Sequence record: NC_009704.1
Source: a plasmid
Reading direction: 5' to 3' (one strand)
DNA: 58,679 bases
Made by a program: the position numbers and the translations under genes. The stretch's first letter is position 1, and each line of letters opens with the position of its first letter. The notes below the pieces were generated by a model, which saw only the letters and a list, made by a program, of their open reading frames with translations, searched no databases and was not told the origin of the DNA. Below, in pieces: positions 36,756 through 45,466 of the stretch.

Positions 36756-37538
36756 TTAGTTTTCCAAATCCTTATTCATCTGCTTTTCCTCATGATATTT
36801 TATCGCCTCGCTGATCATGTCTTTCATCTCGGTCAAAAATATTTTTGTTGTATCAAATGCTTCAAGAACAGCGTTATAATCAAATTTTATTGAATCATTT
36901 CCCTCGCGGGTCTTTCCGTTTCGATGAACAATGTCGTTTCTTAATGTTGTCAGTACATCAATTTTAGTCGTATCAATATTTTTGTATTTTTTTATTTGGA
37001 GTATTGCTCTATACGTTCTTTCCACAATGGGGATGTCATGATATGTAATCCCTGTTAAATACTCCTGCACCGATTTACCAACGACATCCTCTTTATCAAT
37101 TAAATAAACCAGATTTATTTCTTTTTTGCGTAAATGTTCAATCTGATAAACAGCATAATTTCTGTATCGGTTATCTGATAAGACAATGCTTTTAATCATG
37201 TCGCCCAGGCAGCTTTCCATGATGGTGACGCAATAAGCTATTTGCATTTTATAAAAAGTTTCACTGGTATGCTCTTTCCCTTCGTCAAGAATTTCATCCA
37301 GTAAGGATATCGAGGATACATAAATATCAGTGTGGGGATTATTTTTCAGCCATTGCTGCTCTTCATATTCCTCGCGAGCCATGTCCTCCATAAAATCCTT
37401 ATAATTATCATACTCTTCCTCTAGCTCCTGCCACTCGTCTGAATCATTTCCCAGGTCAGGATCAGATAATCTTGCACGTATCCACGCTTCACGGCGGTTT
37501 TCCTCTTCATCCTCAAACCATTGCTTGGTACTGCTCAT
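36756..37538 (-). CDS. Hypothetical acidic protein with a possible HEPN-like Rx4H motif
   Basis: 260 aa. LRNDIVHRNG near the C-terminus. Acidic N-terminus. Confidence 0.3.
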   Translation of the reverse strand: MSSTKQWFEDEEENRREAWIRARLSDPDLGNDSDEWQELEEEYDNYKDFMEDMAREEYEEQQWLKNNPHTDIYVSSISLLDEILDEGKEHTSETFYKMQIAYCVTIMESCLGDMIKSIVLSDNRYRNYAVYQIEHLRKKEINLVYLIDKEDVVGKSVQEYLTGITYHDIPIVERTYRAILQIKKYKNIDTTKIDVLTTLRNDIVHRNGKTREGNDSIKFDYNAVLEAFDTTKIFLTEMKDMISEAIKYHEEKQMNKDLEN

Positions 37539-37548
37539 TTAGTGCTCC

Positions 37549-38265
37549 TTATATTGTGTCTGTTATAAAGTCGTTTTCTTTAATAGTTTTAATAAACAGC
37601 TTATAGTTCTCTATCATAACCGCCGATGTTTCACACATTTCACTCTGGTACTTTCTATATGTCTTTTCACTTTTAGGGTTATTTCTCCAGTCATAAGGCA
37701 GGTCAAGTCTTAAGGGTTCTCTTTCTGGATGGTCTACCGTCAAAAATGGTGTAAGACTGTTATAGAAAGCAGTGATTGCGATAATAAAGTTATCTTTCAC
37801 TTCATTAACAGCGTAATTATATAACCTATAATTTTCATCCCTGTATTTTCCTGCCTCATCTAAATTACGGGCAAATTGATATGTCATGCCGACAATAGAA
37901 CTTTGCTCGGCTTCATTAAGGGTGGCTTCATAAGGCAGGAGCGTAAGTATTTCTTCAATGATATTTAAATCATGCGCTTTCTTTTTTTCTTCAATACCCG
38001 ATTCTGTTTTTGCATGGGAAATATGATTGATCGTAGTGATGTTCAGGTCACGACCGGCCTGATTGATATTGCCATTGTTATTTTTATTTGTTTGCCTGAG
38101 TTTATATTTTTTGATTATTTTGGGCGCACCTATTATCCCTATAACAGAAATACCCAATCCAATAATAGAAATACCCCATCCCTGATAGGTCGCCCAATCA
38201 GTCCCGATGTGTGTGTTCAGCCAGTGAAGCATAGTCATTCCCGACGAAATAAAGATGCCTGTCAT
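37549..38265 (-). CDS. Membrane-anchored hypothetical protein (2 TM helices plus cytoplasmic domain)
   Basis: First gene of the three-gene minus-strand operon. Confidence 0.35.
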   Translation of the reverse strand: MTGIFISSGMTMLHWLNTHIGTDWATYQGWGISIIGLGISVIGIIGAPKIIKKYKLRQTNKNNNGNINQAGRDLNITTINHISHAKTESGIEEKKKAHDLNIIEEILTLLPYEATLNEAEQSSIVGMTYQFARNLDEAGKYRDENYRLYNYAVNEVKDNFIIAITAFYNSLTPFLTVDHPEREPLRLDLPYDWRNNPKSEKTYRKYQSEMCETSAVMIENYKLFIKTIKENDFITDTI

Positions 38266-38316
38266 GATAGCAGAAAGGCGGCGTTGCGACTCGGTGTGTC
38301 ACCGCTGCCGCATGAC

Positions 38317-38341
38317 TTGGCTTTACGCGGAGACTGCCAAA
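38317..38341 (+). repeat. Direct repeat 5 of 5 (TTGGCTTTACGCGGAGACTGCCAAA)
   Basis: Same family. About 240 bp upstream of the recombinase gene. Confidence 0.7.
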
Positions 38342-38578
38342 CTCGGACGAGTCCCCTACTCCCGCCCTGAATGTCTGCTATAATCCTTTCTGTCTCAGGG
38401 GCTTGCATACCGCCAGAGACAGACAATCGGGGCGTGTCGGGCGCGTTACGCTCCGATTGTCACCCTTTTTTACTTGGCTTTTCCCCCCTATAGCGAAAAC
38501 TCCCAACCGTTCCGATTTTTATCGGGTATTTATTGTGATCGTACATCGACCTGAATTGCGTCAAAATAGTCTCATTGA

Positions 38579-39370
38579 GTGCAAATTGCGGATAATGAAA
38601 TGTCGAGCATCATCCCTCACGATTTGGGGCAGATTTCACGTAGCGCGATCCGCGCACCGGCCCCGCTGTTTAGTTACGGTCATGCCCTGGCACTGCGTGA
38701 AAAAGTGCTGGCCTCCGGTGATGCGGAATTGCCGCTCTATCTGCTGGCCCCCGAAGTCACAGTGTTACTTTCCTATCTGCCTGACTTGCGGCAACGGCTG
38801 CTGATCGAAACCTTGTGGAACACCGGCGCACGATTAAATGAAGCGCTGGCCCTGACGCCAGCCTGTTTTCACATCGAGGGCGACTCGCCGTTTGTGGTAC
38901 TGAAGACACTGAAGCAACGGCAAAAAGGACGGGGCCGCCCGAAAGAGGGCCAGACACTGAAACGCATCGTGCCGCTGCTCGATGAAAACTATGTGCGCCT
39001 GGTACACGAATACCTGGCTACGTTTCGGCCCAAGAAATATGCACCGCTGTGGGTGAACGAGCACGGCGACACCATCAGTGATGAAACCCCGCGCACCTGG
39101 TTACGTGCTGCTGTGACACGCGCAAACCGTGACAGTGTAACGTTTAGTCTGCCGGTGATCACCCCGAAAACCTTTCGGCACTCGTTCGCCATGCATTTAG
39201 TGCAAAGCGGTGTGGCCTTTAAAGTGGTGCAAACCTTCATGGGCCACAAGGACGCCGCCAGTACCGAAGTGTATACGCGAATATTTGCGCTGGATGTGGG
39301 GGCGCAGTATGGGGTGAAGTTCAGTATGGCAGCGGCTGATGCAATGGCACTGGTGCGCCGTAGGTCTTGA
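38579..39370 (+). CDS. Tyrosine recombinase (short, FimB/FimE-like architecture)
   Basis: Box I ...TGARLNEALAL. Box II TFRHSFAMHLVQSG...GHKDAASTEVYTRI (the R, H-x-x-R and Y residues). The start may be internal. Confidence 0.75.
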   Translation: MQIADNEMSSIIPHDLGQISRSAIRAPAPLFSYGHALALREKVLASGDAELPLYLLAPEVTVLLSYLPDLRQRLLIETLWNTGARLNEALALTPACFHIEGDSPFVVLKTLKQRQKGRGRPKEGQTLKRIVPLLDENYVRLVHEYLATFRPKKYAPLWVNEHGDTISDETPRTWLRAAVTRANRDSVTFSLPVITPKTFRHSFAMHLVQSGVAFKVVQTFMGHKDAASTEVYTRIFALDVGAQYGVKFSMAAADAMALVRRRS

Positions 39371-39376
39371 CGGAAT

Positions 39377-39620
39377 GTTTACGCCAAGGAAAAAACTCTA
39401 AGAGGTAATGCTGGCATTTCTGCGACCGACAACGGGCATTGAGTCACCGTAATGCTGGCAGTTGTATCTTCTTCAGTTGATTACCTGGTATTAAATTGCT
39501 GGCAAATGTTGCAACCGGTAATTGCTATCATAATTGAAACTGGCGCCGCAGCTGGCCAACACCGATTGCCAGCATAACACTATCCTGGTACTGCTCCGGA
39601 TGCTGAAAAATGCCATCAAT
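39377..39620 (+). repeat. Copy C of the ~240-bp repeat
   Basis: Begins 7 bp after the recombinase stop. Submotifs ATGCTGGCA x2, TTGCTGGCA and inverted TGCCAGCAT. Confidence 0.8.
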
Positions 39621-39631
39621 AACTCATATAA

Positions 39632-39652
39632 AAGCCCGGAAAAACCGGGCTT
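39632..39652 (-). terminator. Terminator of traC (AAGCCCGG-aaaaa-CCGGGCTT)
   Basis: GC hairpin followed by T-rich sequence on the minus strand, directly after the traC stop. Confidence 0.6.
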
Positions 39653-39674
39653 GATACTACCAATATATCGACAG

Positions 39675-42659
39675 TTAACGGCTCATTGAGTGAGTTTCTT
39701 TTTGAGCTTTTTTAACTTGCCTCACCTGACTTTTTTGCTTTGTGACTTGTTGCGTTAGGCTTTCAACAACACATTTTATTTGCCGTTCAACGCCTCGCTT
39801 CCCCAACTCGCTATTTACGGATAAGTCATTAAAATCACTGAATGCTTTAGGATTACCAGCTTGTTCACCTGGAGCGAAAATCGGGAATACCTCTTTGCCT
39901 CCAACCGCTTGGGCTGCTTCTTTGGCAAATACTTTGCCTGGGTTTCGCCCCCTGGCCAATTCCTCAGCTTGATCATCATCCCCAGCAATTATGATAGGTT
40001 TATCAGGGAACTTAGCATGCAGGGCTATAGCAACTGCTTTTAGATTTCCTGCGTCAAATGCAGCAACGGTACAAAAATTCAATGTTTCTGCCAGTGTCTT
40101 AGCTGTGGCATAACCCTCACCAATGATAAGAATAGGGGCAGAAGCTAAAGCGTCCAAACCACCTATAGGGTGGAAACAACCTTCTTTTTTGCTCCCTTTA
40201 GCAAAGCGTTTTGTTCCATCTTCAGAGATATATTGCATTGACCATTGTTTACCATTCTCATCAATAGCAGGTATATATGTCTTTTGGCCCTCTTTATCCG
40301 TAAAAACACCCTCTGCTGGTTGAATGCCTTTTTTAGCCAGATAAGGCGTTGGCGTGGTTATCACCGTTAGCTTTTTGAGTTGGCTAACAACACGATTAGC
40401 AGCTTGCTCTTGTGCCTTATTCCTCTCAGTTGCTCTAGCGGCTAAATTAGTCGCGGCCTCCGCTTGCATTGCAGCCTTTTGTTCAGGGTCAAGCGTATAA
40501 CCTTTGCTTTTCCACTTTAACTCAATACCAGAGCGGTTGTTTTTTATATACCCCGCAGGGTGGCCATTACTATGAGCGATATAAAAACCGGCAGTTTCTT
40601 TATTTTTGTCACCCTCTACAGCAATCCGCTGTTCCGTTCCATCCATAATCGGGTGCTTACCTGACACTATGCATCCCATGCTGATTAAAGCATTAGAAAA
40701 TTCCTCGTGTAAGGAAAGTGCTGGGCTTTGCTCATTAGTGATATTTTCAAGCTTCCATTTCCCTAATTTTTCAGTATCTGCATTAGGGCCGATATACCAT
40801 GACTTAGCCGTTTTATCCCACAAAGCGCCAAAGCTTTTGGCCTCTTTATGTTCACCAAAAGGAACCGCAAGGTAGACTTTACTTTCTTCGGTTTTTTCCG
40901 CTGATTCTGGATTAGACGGGAAAGAGCTAGGGGGATACATATTTTGTGGCCAGTTAGCATTTTGCGGGATTTCTCTTGGATTACCCGTTATAGCTTGCTC
41001 CTGACTAACTGACCATTTTTCAAATGGATTAACATCGATACCGGCGGGGACGTACCAAGACTGCTTTTGCCTATCCCATTTAGCACCAAGATCTTTTGCT
41101 TCATCTTTTTCAGCAAAGGGGACTTTAATAAATGTCTTTTCTTGCTTTATATCTTTACTTTCTTTTTTAATCGGTTGATTAAATTGCTTAAGTTCGGACT
41201 CAAATATAATACGATAATCGTCATCATCAATTAAATACTTTACGCCTTCTTCGGGAATATCAAGAAGATGTGGAACCTGATCATCCTGTTGATTTTCAAG
41301 CATACTTTCATTTTTAGATTGACACCAATCATCTGCATTAACATAGATATCGGTATCTCTTATATCACCATCTTTTCTAATAACAGAATAACCAGGTAAA
41401 TCATGAAGGTGCTGCTCCATATAATCTTCCTTACCTAGTTGATAATGTTTTTTAAGCTCTGCTGCAATGCTATTGGCCAGCTCTTCTGTTTCACAATCAG
41501 CAACCCAAAGATGAAGCCCTTCTTCATTTTCTGCGTATATACCAAAAAATTCAGGTTCGCGATTTTCTGCTGAAGCTTCTACAACAGATAACTCACCATT
41601 TTCATCAAGGAGTTCTACACATCCCCTTACCTGCGTATTACCTGTCCATTGAGAAGGTAATAGATAAGTTTCTTCTTGGCCAAGGGTGATGGTTATTCCC
41701 TGGTGTTGTTCTTGGGTTTGCTCTTTTTGCTGCTCCTGGATCAGTGATAAACCAAAGATATATTCCTGAATTTTCTCTGCATCTGCCGCAGCTCTGAATA
41801 TTTCCAATGGATCATTTTGGAGAGCCTTTATCCATGAACCTACATATGCAACATGCTGTTCCGGATCGTGGCCTATGCCTAACTCATCCCCCATTATCAT
41901 GCTTGCTATTTCAGCTCGTAACTCCTCTTTAGCGTACATATCACTACCGAATGGATGCCCTAAATCACGATCTAAACGTTGTTGATGTCCTGTCCAGTGG
42001 CCTAGCTCATGTAATGCTGTTGCGTAATATTTATCAGCACTTGAGAACTGTTCTTTGCTAGGTAATTGGATACTGTCTGTGGATAGCCGATAGAATGCCC
42101 TATCCCCTTCCTGATGTGAGATTAGAGCACCTGAGTTTTCTAAAATTTTTTCGGCTTGTTCTATAGCTTTCCATAGATCTTCTTTTTCTTCTTTCGGAGG
42201 TAGCGGAGGAAGACCATCTATTTGCTCAGCATTAAATACCGAGGCAAAAAAAACGCGAGGACGTTCTAACTGAACGATTACCTTTATTGGCTGGCCATCT
42301 TTATCTAATACAGGCTTTCCAAGCTGATCAAGCTTGTCTTGTTCCTCAGTAAACTTCCAATACTGAATAGATGTGCCTTTTTCGCCTTGACGAACATGCG
42401 CCCCTGCTTGTGTCGCTTGCTTGTAAGTCATCCACCGCCGATCAGAGTGGCCTTGTGATATCAGTTGTATCGCGTTAATCCCCTTATAGCGCTTACCACT
42501 TGTTGGGTTTATCGGTAAAAAACCAGAGGAACCTGCTTTCCAAGGACGTTGCCAGGGAGCCGTGCCTTGCTTCAATTGCTCGATAAGCTTTTCTGCAACT
42601 TGCTCATGAAACGGTTTCTTCAAAGTATCAGCCATGTTTGTTCCCCTTATCTGAGTCAA
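39675..42659 (-). CDS. traC: TraC-like multidomain protein: ArdC-type N-terminal ssDNA-binding and HExxH metalloprotease domain plus C-terminal Toprim primase domain
   Basis: TALHELGHWTGH zincin motif. Toprim segment IIGEGYATAKT...IIAGDDD. Two internal repeats K(W/L)WD(R/K)..KSWY(V/I). Confidence 0.7.
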   Translation of the reverse strand: MTQIRGTNMADTLKKPFHEQVAEKLIEQLKQGTAPWQRPWKAGSSGFLPINPTSGKRYKGINAIQLISQGHSDRRWMTYKQATQAGAHVRQGEKGTSIQYWKFTEEQDKLDQLGKPVLDKDGQPIKVIVQLERPRVFFASVFNAEQIDGLPPLPPKEEKEDLWKAIEQAEKILENSGALISHQEGDRAFYRLSTDSIQLPSKEQFSSADKYYATALHELGHWTGHQQRLDRDLGHPFGSDMYAKEELRAEIASMIMGDELGIGHDPEQHVAYVGSWIKALQNDPLEIFRAAADAEKIQEYIFGLSLIQEQQKEQTQEQHQGITITLGQEETYLLPSQWTGNTQVRGCVELLDENGELSVVEASAENREPEFFGIYAENEEGLHLWVADCETEELANSIAAELKKHYQLGKEDYMEQHLHDLPGYSVIRKDGDIRDTDIYVNADDWCQSKNESMLENQQDDQVPHLLDIPEEGVKYLIDDDDYRIIFESELKQFNQPIKKESKDIKQEKTFIKVPFAEKDEAKDLGAKWDRQKQSWYVPAGIDVNPFEKWSVSQEQAITGNPREIPQNANWPQNMYPPSSFPSNPESAEKTEESKVYLAVPFGEHKEAKSFGALWDKTAKSWYIGPNADTEKLGKWKLENITNEQSPALSLHEEFSNALISMGCIVSGKHPIMDGTEQRIAVEGDKNKETAGFYIAHSNGHPAGYIKNNRSGIELKWKSKGYTLDPEQKAAMQAEAATNLAARATERNKAQEQAANRVVSQLKKLTVITTPTPYLAKKGIQPAEGVFTDKEGQKTYIPAIDENGKQWSMQYISEDGTKRFAKGSKKEGCFHPIGGLDALASAPILIIGEGYATAKTLAETLNFCTVAAFDAGNLKAVAIALHAKFPDKPIIIAGDDDQAEELARGRNPGKVFAKEAAQAVGGKEVFPIFAPGEQAGNPKAFSDFNDLSVNSELGKRGVERQIKCVVESLTQQVTKQKSQVRQVKKAQKETHSMSR

Positions 42660-42861
42660 TTAGGTCAACAACACTTTCAGTAGCATCACCCTCACTCAGT
42701 GCATCTTCTACAAATGCACCAACTTCAACCGCCTCTTCAGGGTCAAAATCAGCTTGAAATCCTGGCGTATAAGCATCATTTAACTTTTCATTTAATACAG
42801 AGGATGAATCCTTTTCATTATTAAAAACCGCAACATCTGGATAGTTTGTTTTTTGGTTCAT
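42628..42861 (-). CDS. Small acidic hypothetical protein
   Basis: 77-aa ORF between traC and traE. Confidence 0.3.
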   Translation of the reverse strand: MNQKTNYPDVAVFNNEKDSSSVLNEKLNDAYTPGFQADFDPEEAVEVGAFVEDALSEGDATESVVDLIDSDKGNKHG

Positions 42862-42866
42862 AACGA

Positions 42867-44906
42867 TTACTCCTTACCTTTGGTATAGTTAGGCTTTCCT
42901 TTTGCATCAGGGTAGGACTGATTACATTCGGGATAACCACTGCATGACCACCACAACCCTTTTTTTCCGGTTCTGTGAACAAGCCCTTTTCCGCAAGATT
43001 TGCATTTATGAATGGTCGATATTTTGGCAACCTGTTTAGCGCCAGAAACTTTGGCTACGCCATTACCTGCTTTTTCTACTTGGTCAGTAATAAACTTGAT
43101 TTGTTTTTCTAGAAAATCATCTATTCCCGATGGTTCTTTTTGTATATCAATAAATACACGCTCATTTAATGCTGTTAAAACTGCGCTTTTCATCACTTCA
43201 GGATAAATATCTATGATACTTCTGCCTAAAGTAGTGCTAATTAATTGCTTACCTTTTAACTCCAAATAACCTTTATTTTTCAACTCTTCAATAATAAATG
43301 GCCTTGTGGCAACAGTACCAATACCATCACCATCTCTCAGTAATTTTTTTAATTCTGAATCAGGAACATATTTATGAATATTTTCCATTGCAGCAATCAA
43401 AGAACCATCATTAAATCTAGGTGGTGCTTTAGTTTTTGAATCTACTAATGAAGATTTTAAGCAAGTGACAGTATCTCCTTTTTTCATTACCACAAAAGTT
43501 TGCACTGCATTTTTTTCATCGTCCTCTTCACTTTCTGTATAAATACTCTTCCATCCGGCGTGTGTAACTGTATTACCCTCAGCTTTAAAAGTTTCAGTAT
43601 CAATATCAATTGACACGGTTGTTTTAAGAAATTCATGTACAGGATAAAACTGAGCCAAATACGACCTGACTATTAAATCGTATATGTTCTTCTCTTTTAC
43701 ATTTAATCTATCCGCAGAACCCATATGCATAGTTGGAATAATTGCATGATGAGCACTCACTTCATTATCATTCCATATCCTTGATTTTATTTTAATATCA
43801 ACAGCATCAACTAAATCAGCCTTATCTGGATTAACATGCTTAATTGCAGATAGGACAGCATGAGCATCCGCAAATTGTGTTTCAGGCAAAAATTTACAAT
43901 CTGAACGGGGATAGCTAGTTAGTTTATGAGTTTCATATAATGATTGACATATTTCCAAAACATCAGCAGAGCTATAACCAAATTTATTTGAAGCAACTAC
44001 AGTAAGACTTGATAAAGAAAATCCAAAAGGGTGGAGCTTTTTCTGTGGAGTCTTCTTATATTCTTTTATTTCTCCCGTTTTTTCATTTAACTTATCTGCC
44101 AATTTTGAAGCTATATTTCTATCGACCAAACGGCCTTCACTGTCTAACCCCTCCTGGTCTTCCTTGGCGATCCAATCAGTTACAAATGCGCTATCATTGC
44201 ATTTAACAGCGGCTTTGATTTTATAAAAAGGAATAGGCTTAAAAGCTTCTATTTCTCTATCCCTCCCTACAACTAGCGATAAAACAGGAGTTTGGACTCG
44301 TCCAACTGACAGTAAAACAGCATAGCCACCGCGCTTAGCCCGTAACGTATATGCTCGGCTCAAATTCATACCAATTAACCAGTCACACCGTCCGCGAGCT
44401 AAGGCTGCTACACCATACCCATAAAATTGCTTATTATCTTTCAGATCGGCTAAACCACGTTTAACAGCAACAGAGTCTTGAGATGAAACCCAATAACGCT
44501 TAACTGGTAGATTACAATTATAATATTCTAACAATTCATCAACCAATAGCTGCCCTTCGCGATCAGGATCACCTGCATTAACAATCAAGTCGGCTTCTTT
44601 CAAGAAACCTGAAATCACTTTCAATTGAGATTCGGCATCTTCTCTTGGTTTAATTATCCATTCTTCAGGAATTATTGGTAACTCATTCTCTCGCCAAATT
44701 TTATTTCCTTTAGGGGTTCTTGGTACATCATCAGGTGTATATTCATCAGGTTCAGCTTGTTCAAACATATGCCCAAAACACCATGTTATGGTATCCGAAC
44801 CACATTTTATATAACCATTCCCTTTACCTGTAATTCCTAGTTCAGCGGCAATCGCTCTTGCTACGTTTGGTTTTTCAGCAATAAATAACCGTTTTATATC
44901 ACTCAT
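42867..44906 (-). CDS. traE: DNA topoisomerase III (RP4 TraE-like)
   Basis: Type IA topoisomerase N-terminus LFIAEKPNVARAIA plus C-terminal Cys4 zinc ribbons. Confidence 0.85.
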   Translation of the reverse strand: MSDIKRLFIAEKPNVARAIAAELGITGKGNGYIKCGSDTITWCFGHMFEQAEPDEYTPDDVPRTPKGNKIWRENELPIIPEEWIIKPREDAESQLKVISGFLKEADLIVNAGDPDREGQLLVDELLEYYNCNLPVKRYWVSSQDSVAVKRGLADLKDNKQFYGYGVAALARGRCDWLIGMNLSRAYTLRAKRGGYAVLLSVGRVQTPVLSLVVGRDREIEAFKPIPFYKIKAAVKCNDSAFVTDWIAKEDQEGLDSEGRLVDRNIASKLADKLNEKTGEIKEYKKTPQKKLHPFGFSLSSLTVVASNKFGYSSADVLEICQSLYETHKLTSYPRSDCKFLPETQFADAHAVLSAIKHVNPDKADLVDAVDIKIKSRIWNDNEVSAHHAIIPTMHMGSADRLNVKEKNIYDLIVRSYLAQFYPVHEFLKTTVSIDIDTETFKAEGNTVTHAGWKSIYTESEEDDEKNAVQTFVVMKKGDTVTCLKSSLVDSKTKAPPRFNDGSLIAAMENIHKYVPDSELKKLLRDGDGIGTVATRPFIIEELKNKGYLELKGKQLISTTLGRSIIDIYPEVMKSAVLTALNERVFIDIQKEPSGIDDFLEKQIKFITDQVEKAGNGVAKVSGAKQVAKISTIHKCKSCGKGLVHRTGKKGLWWSCSGYPECNQSYPDAKGKPNYTKGKE

Positions 44907-44941
44907 ATATTTAAAATCCTTTAAAGTAAATATCTAACATG

Positions 44942-45466
44942 TTACTTCCAACTTAATATTGGACGAATAACACTGTGTATTTGTTGTTTATCAATAAAAC
45001 CGAAATATCGCGAATCAAAAGAACTATTACTTTGGTCAGTCATTAAAAGAAGCTCTGATTCTTGCAATGTATGATTGAGTATATTAATGCTAGGCAGTGG
45101 GTTCCCTGACAAATCAACAGAGAGAGGCTTGCTATAGGGTATTTTAATATTATTAACAATCACACCATTACTATTAATAGAAACAACATCTCCTTTAGCG
45201 GCTAAAATTCTCTTCATCATATAACCATAGTTACCTGAGCAGAAACCAGAGTTGATATAACCTCGACTTCTAGCTTTATCAAAATCACTTGTCGGTGGAG
45301 GACAAAAAACAACATACTCTCCTTTAGAGATAGGTGACGGTGTCATTAAATATAATCCTACGGGAATACTTTCACTTGTGTTAACTCGAATACCAGAGAT
45401 ATAAATAATTGTAGATATCAAAGCTATTCCGCTAACTACAAAAGCCAACGAGTGTGACTGTTTCAT
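44942..45466 (-). CDS. traF: TraF signal-peptidase-like pilin maturation protease
   Basis: 174 aa. S26-like SESIPVGLY motif. Position before traG. Confidence 0.75.
   Translation of the reverse strand: MKQSHSLAFVVSGIALISTIIYISGIRVNTSESIPVGLYLMTPSPISKGEYVVFCPPPTSDFDKARSRGYINSGFCSGNYGYMMKRILAAKGDVVSINSNGVIVNNIKIPYSKPLSVDLSGNPLPSINILNHTLQESELLLMTDQSNSSFDSRYFGFIDKQQIHSVIRPILSWK
45194..45207. promoter_or_regulatory. KorB operator (OB) inside traF
   Basis: TTTAGCGGCTAAAA. Encodes LAAK on the coding (minus) strand. Confidence 0.65.

Noticed and set aside
33230-38341. Five direct repeats were considered as a CRISPR array.
   Set aside because: The units between repeats are 0.7-2.4 kb and contain promoters and genes. 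The repeats are only about 25 bp, imperfect and non-palindromic. No cas genes are present.
38403-38804. A 133-aa ORF overlaps the 5' end of the recombinase gene.
   Set aside because: It is in a different frame, with no motifs. The recombinase frame carries the conserved boxes.
39377-39620. A sigma54 promoter was considered in the TGGCA...TTGCA segments of the 240-bp repeat.
   Set aside because: The GG-to-GC spacing is 2 nt short of the TGGCAC-N5-TTGCA consensus.
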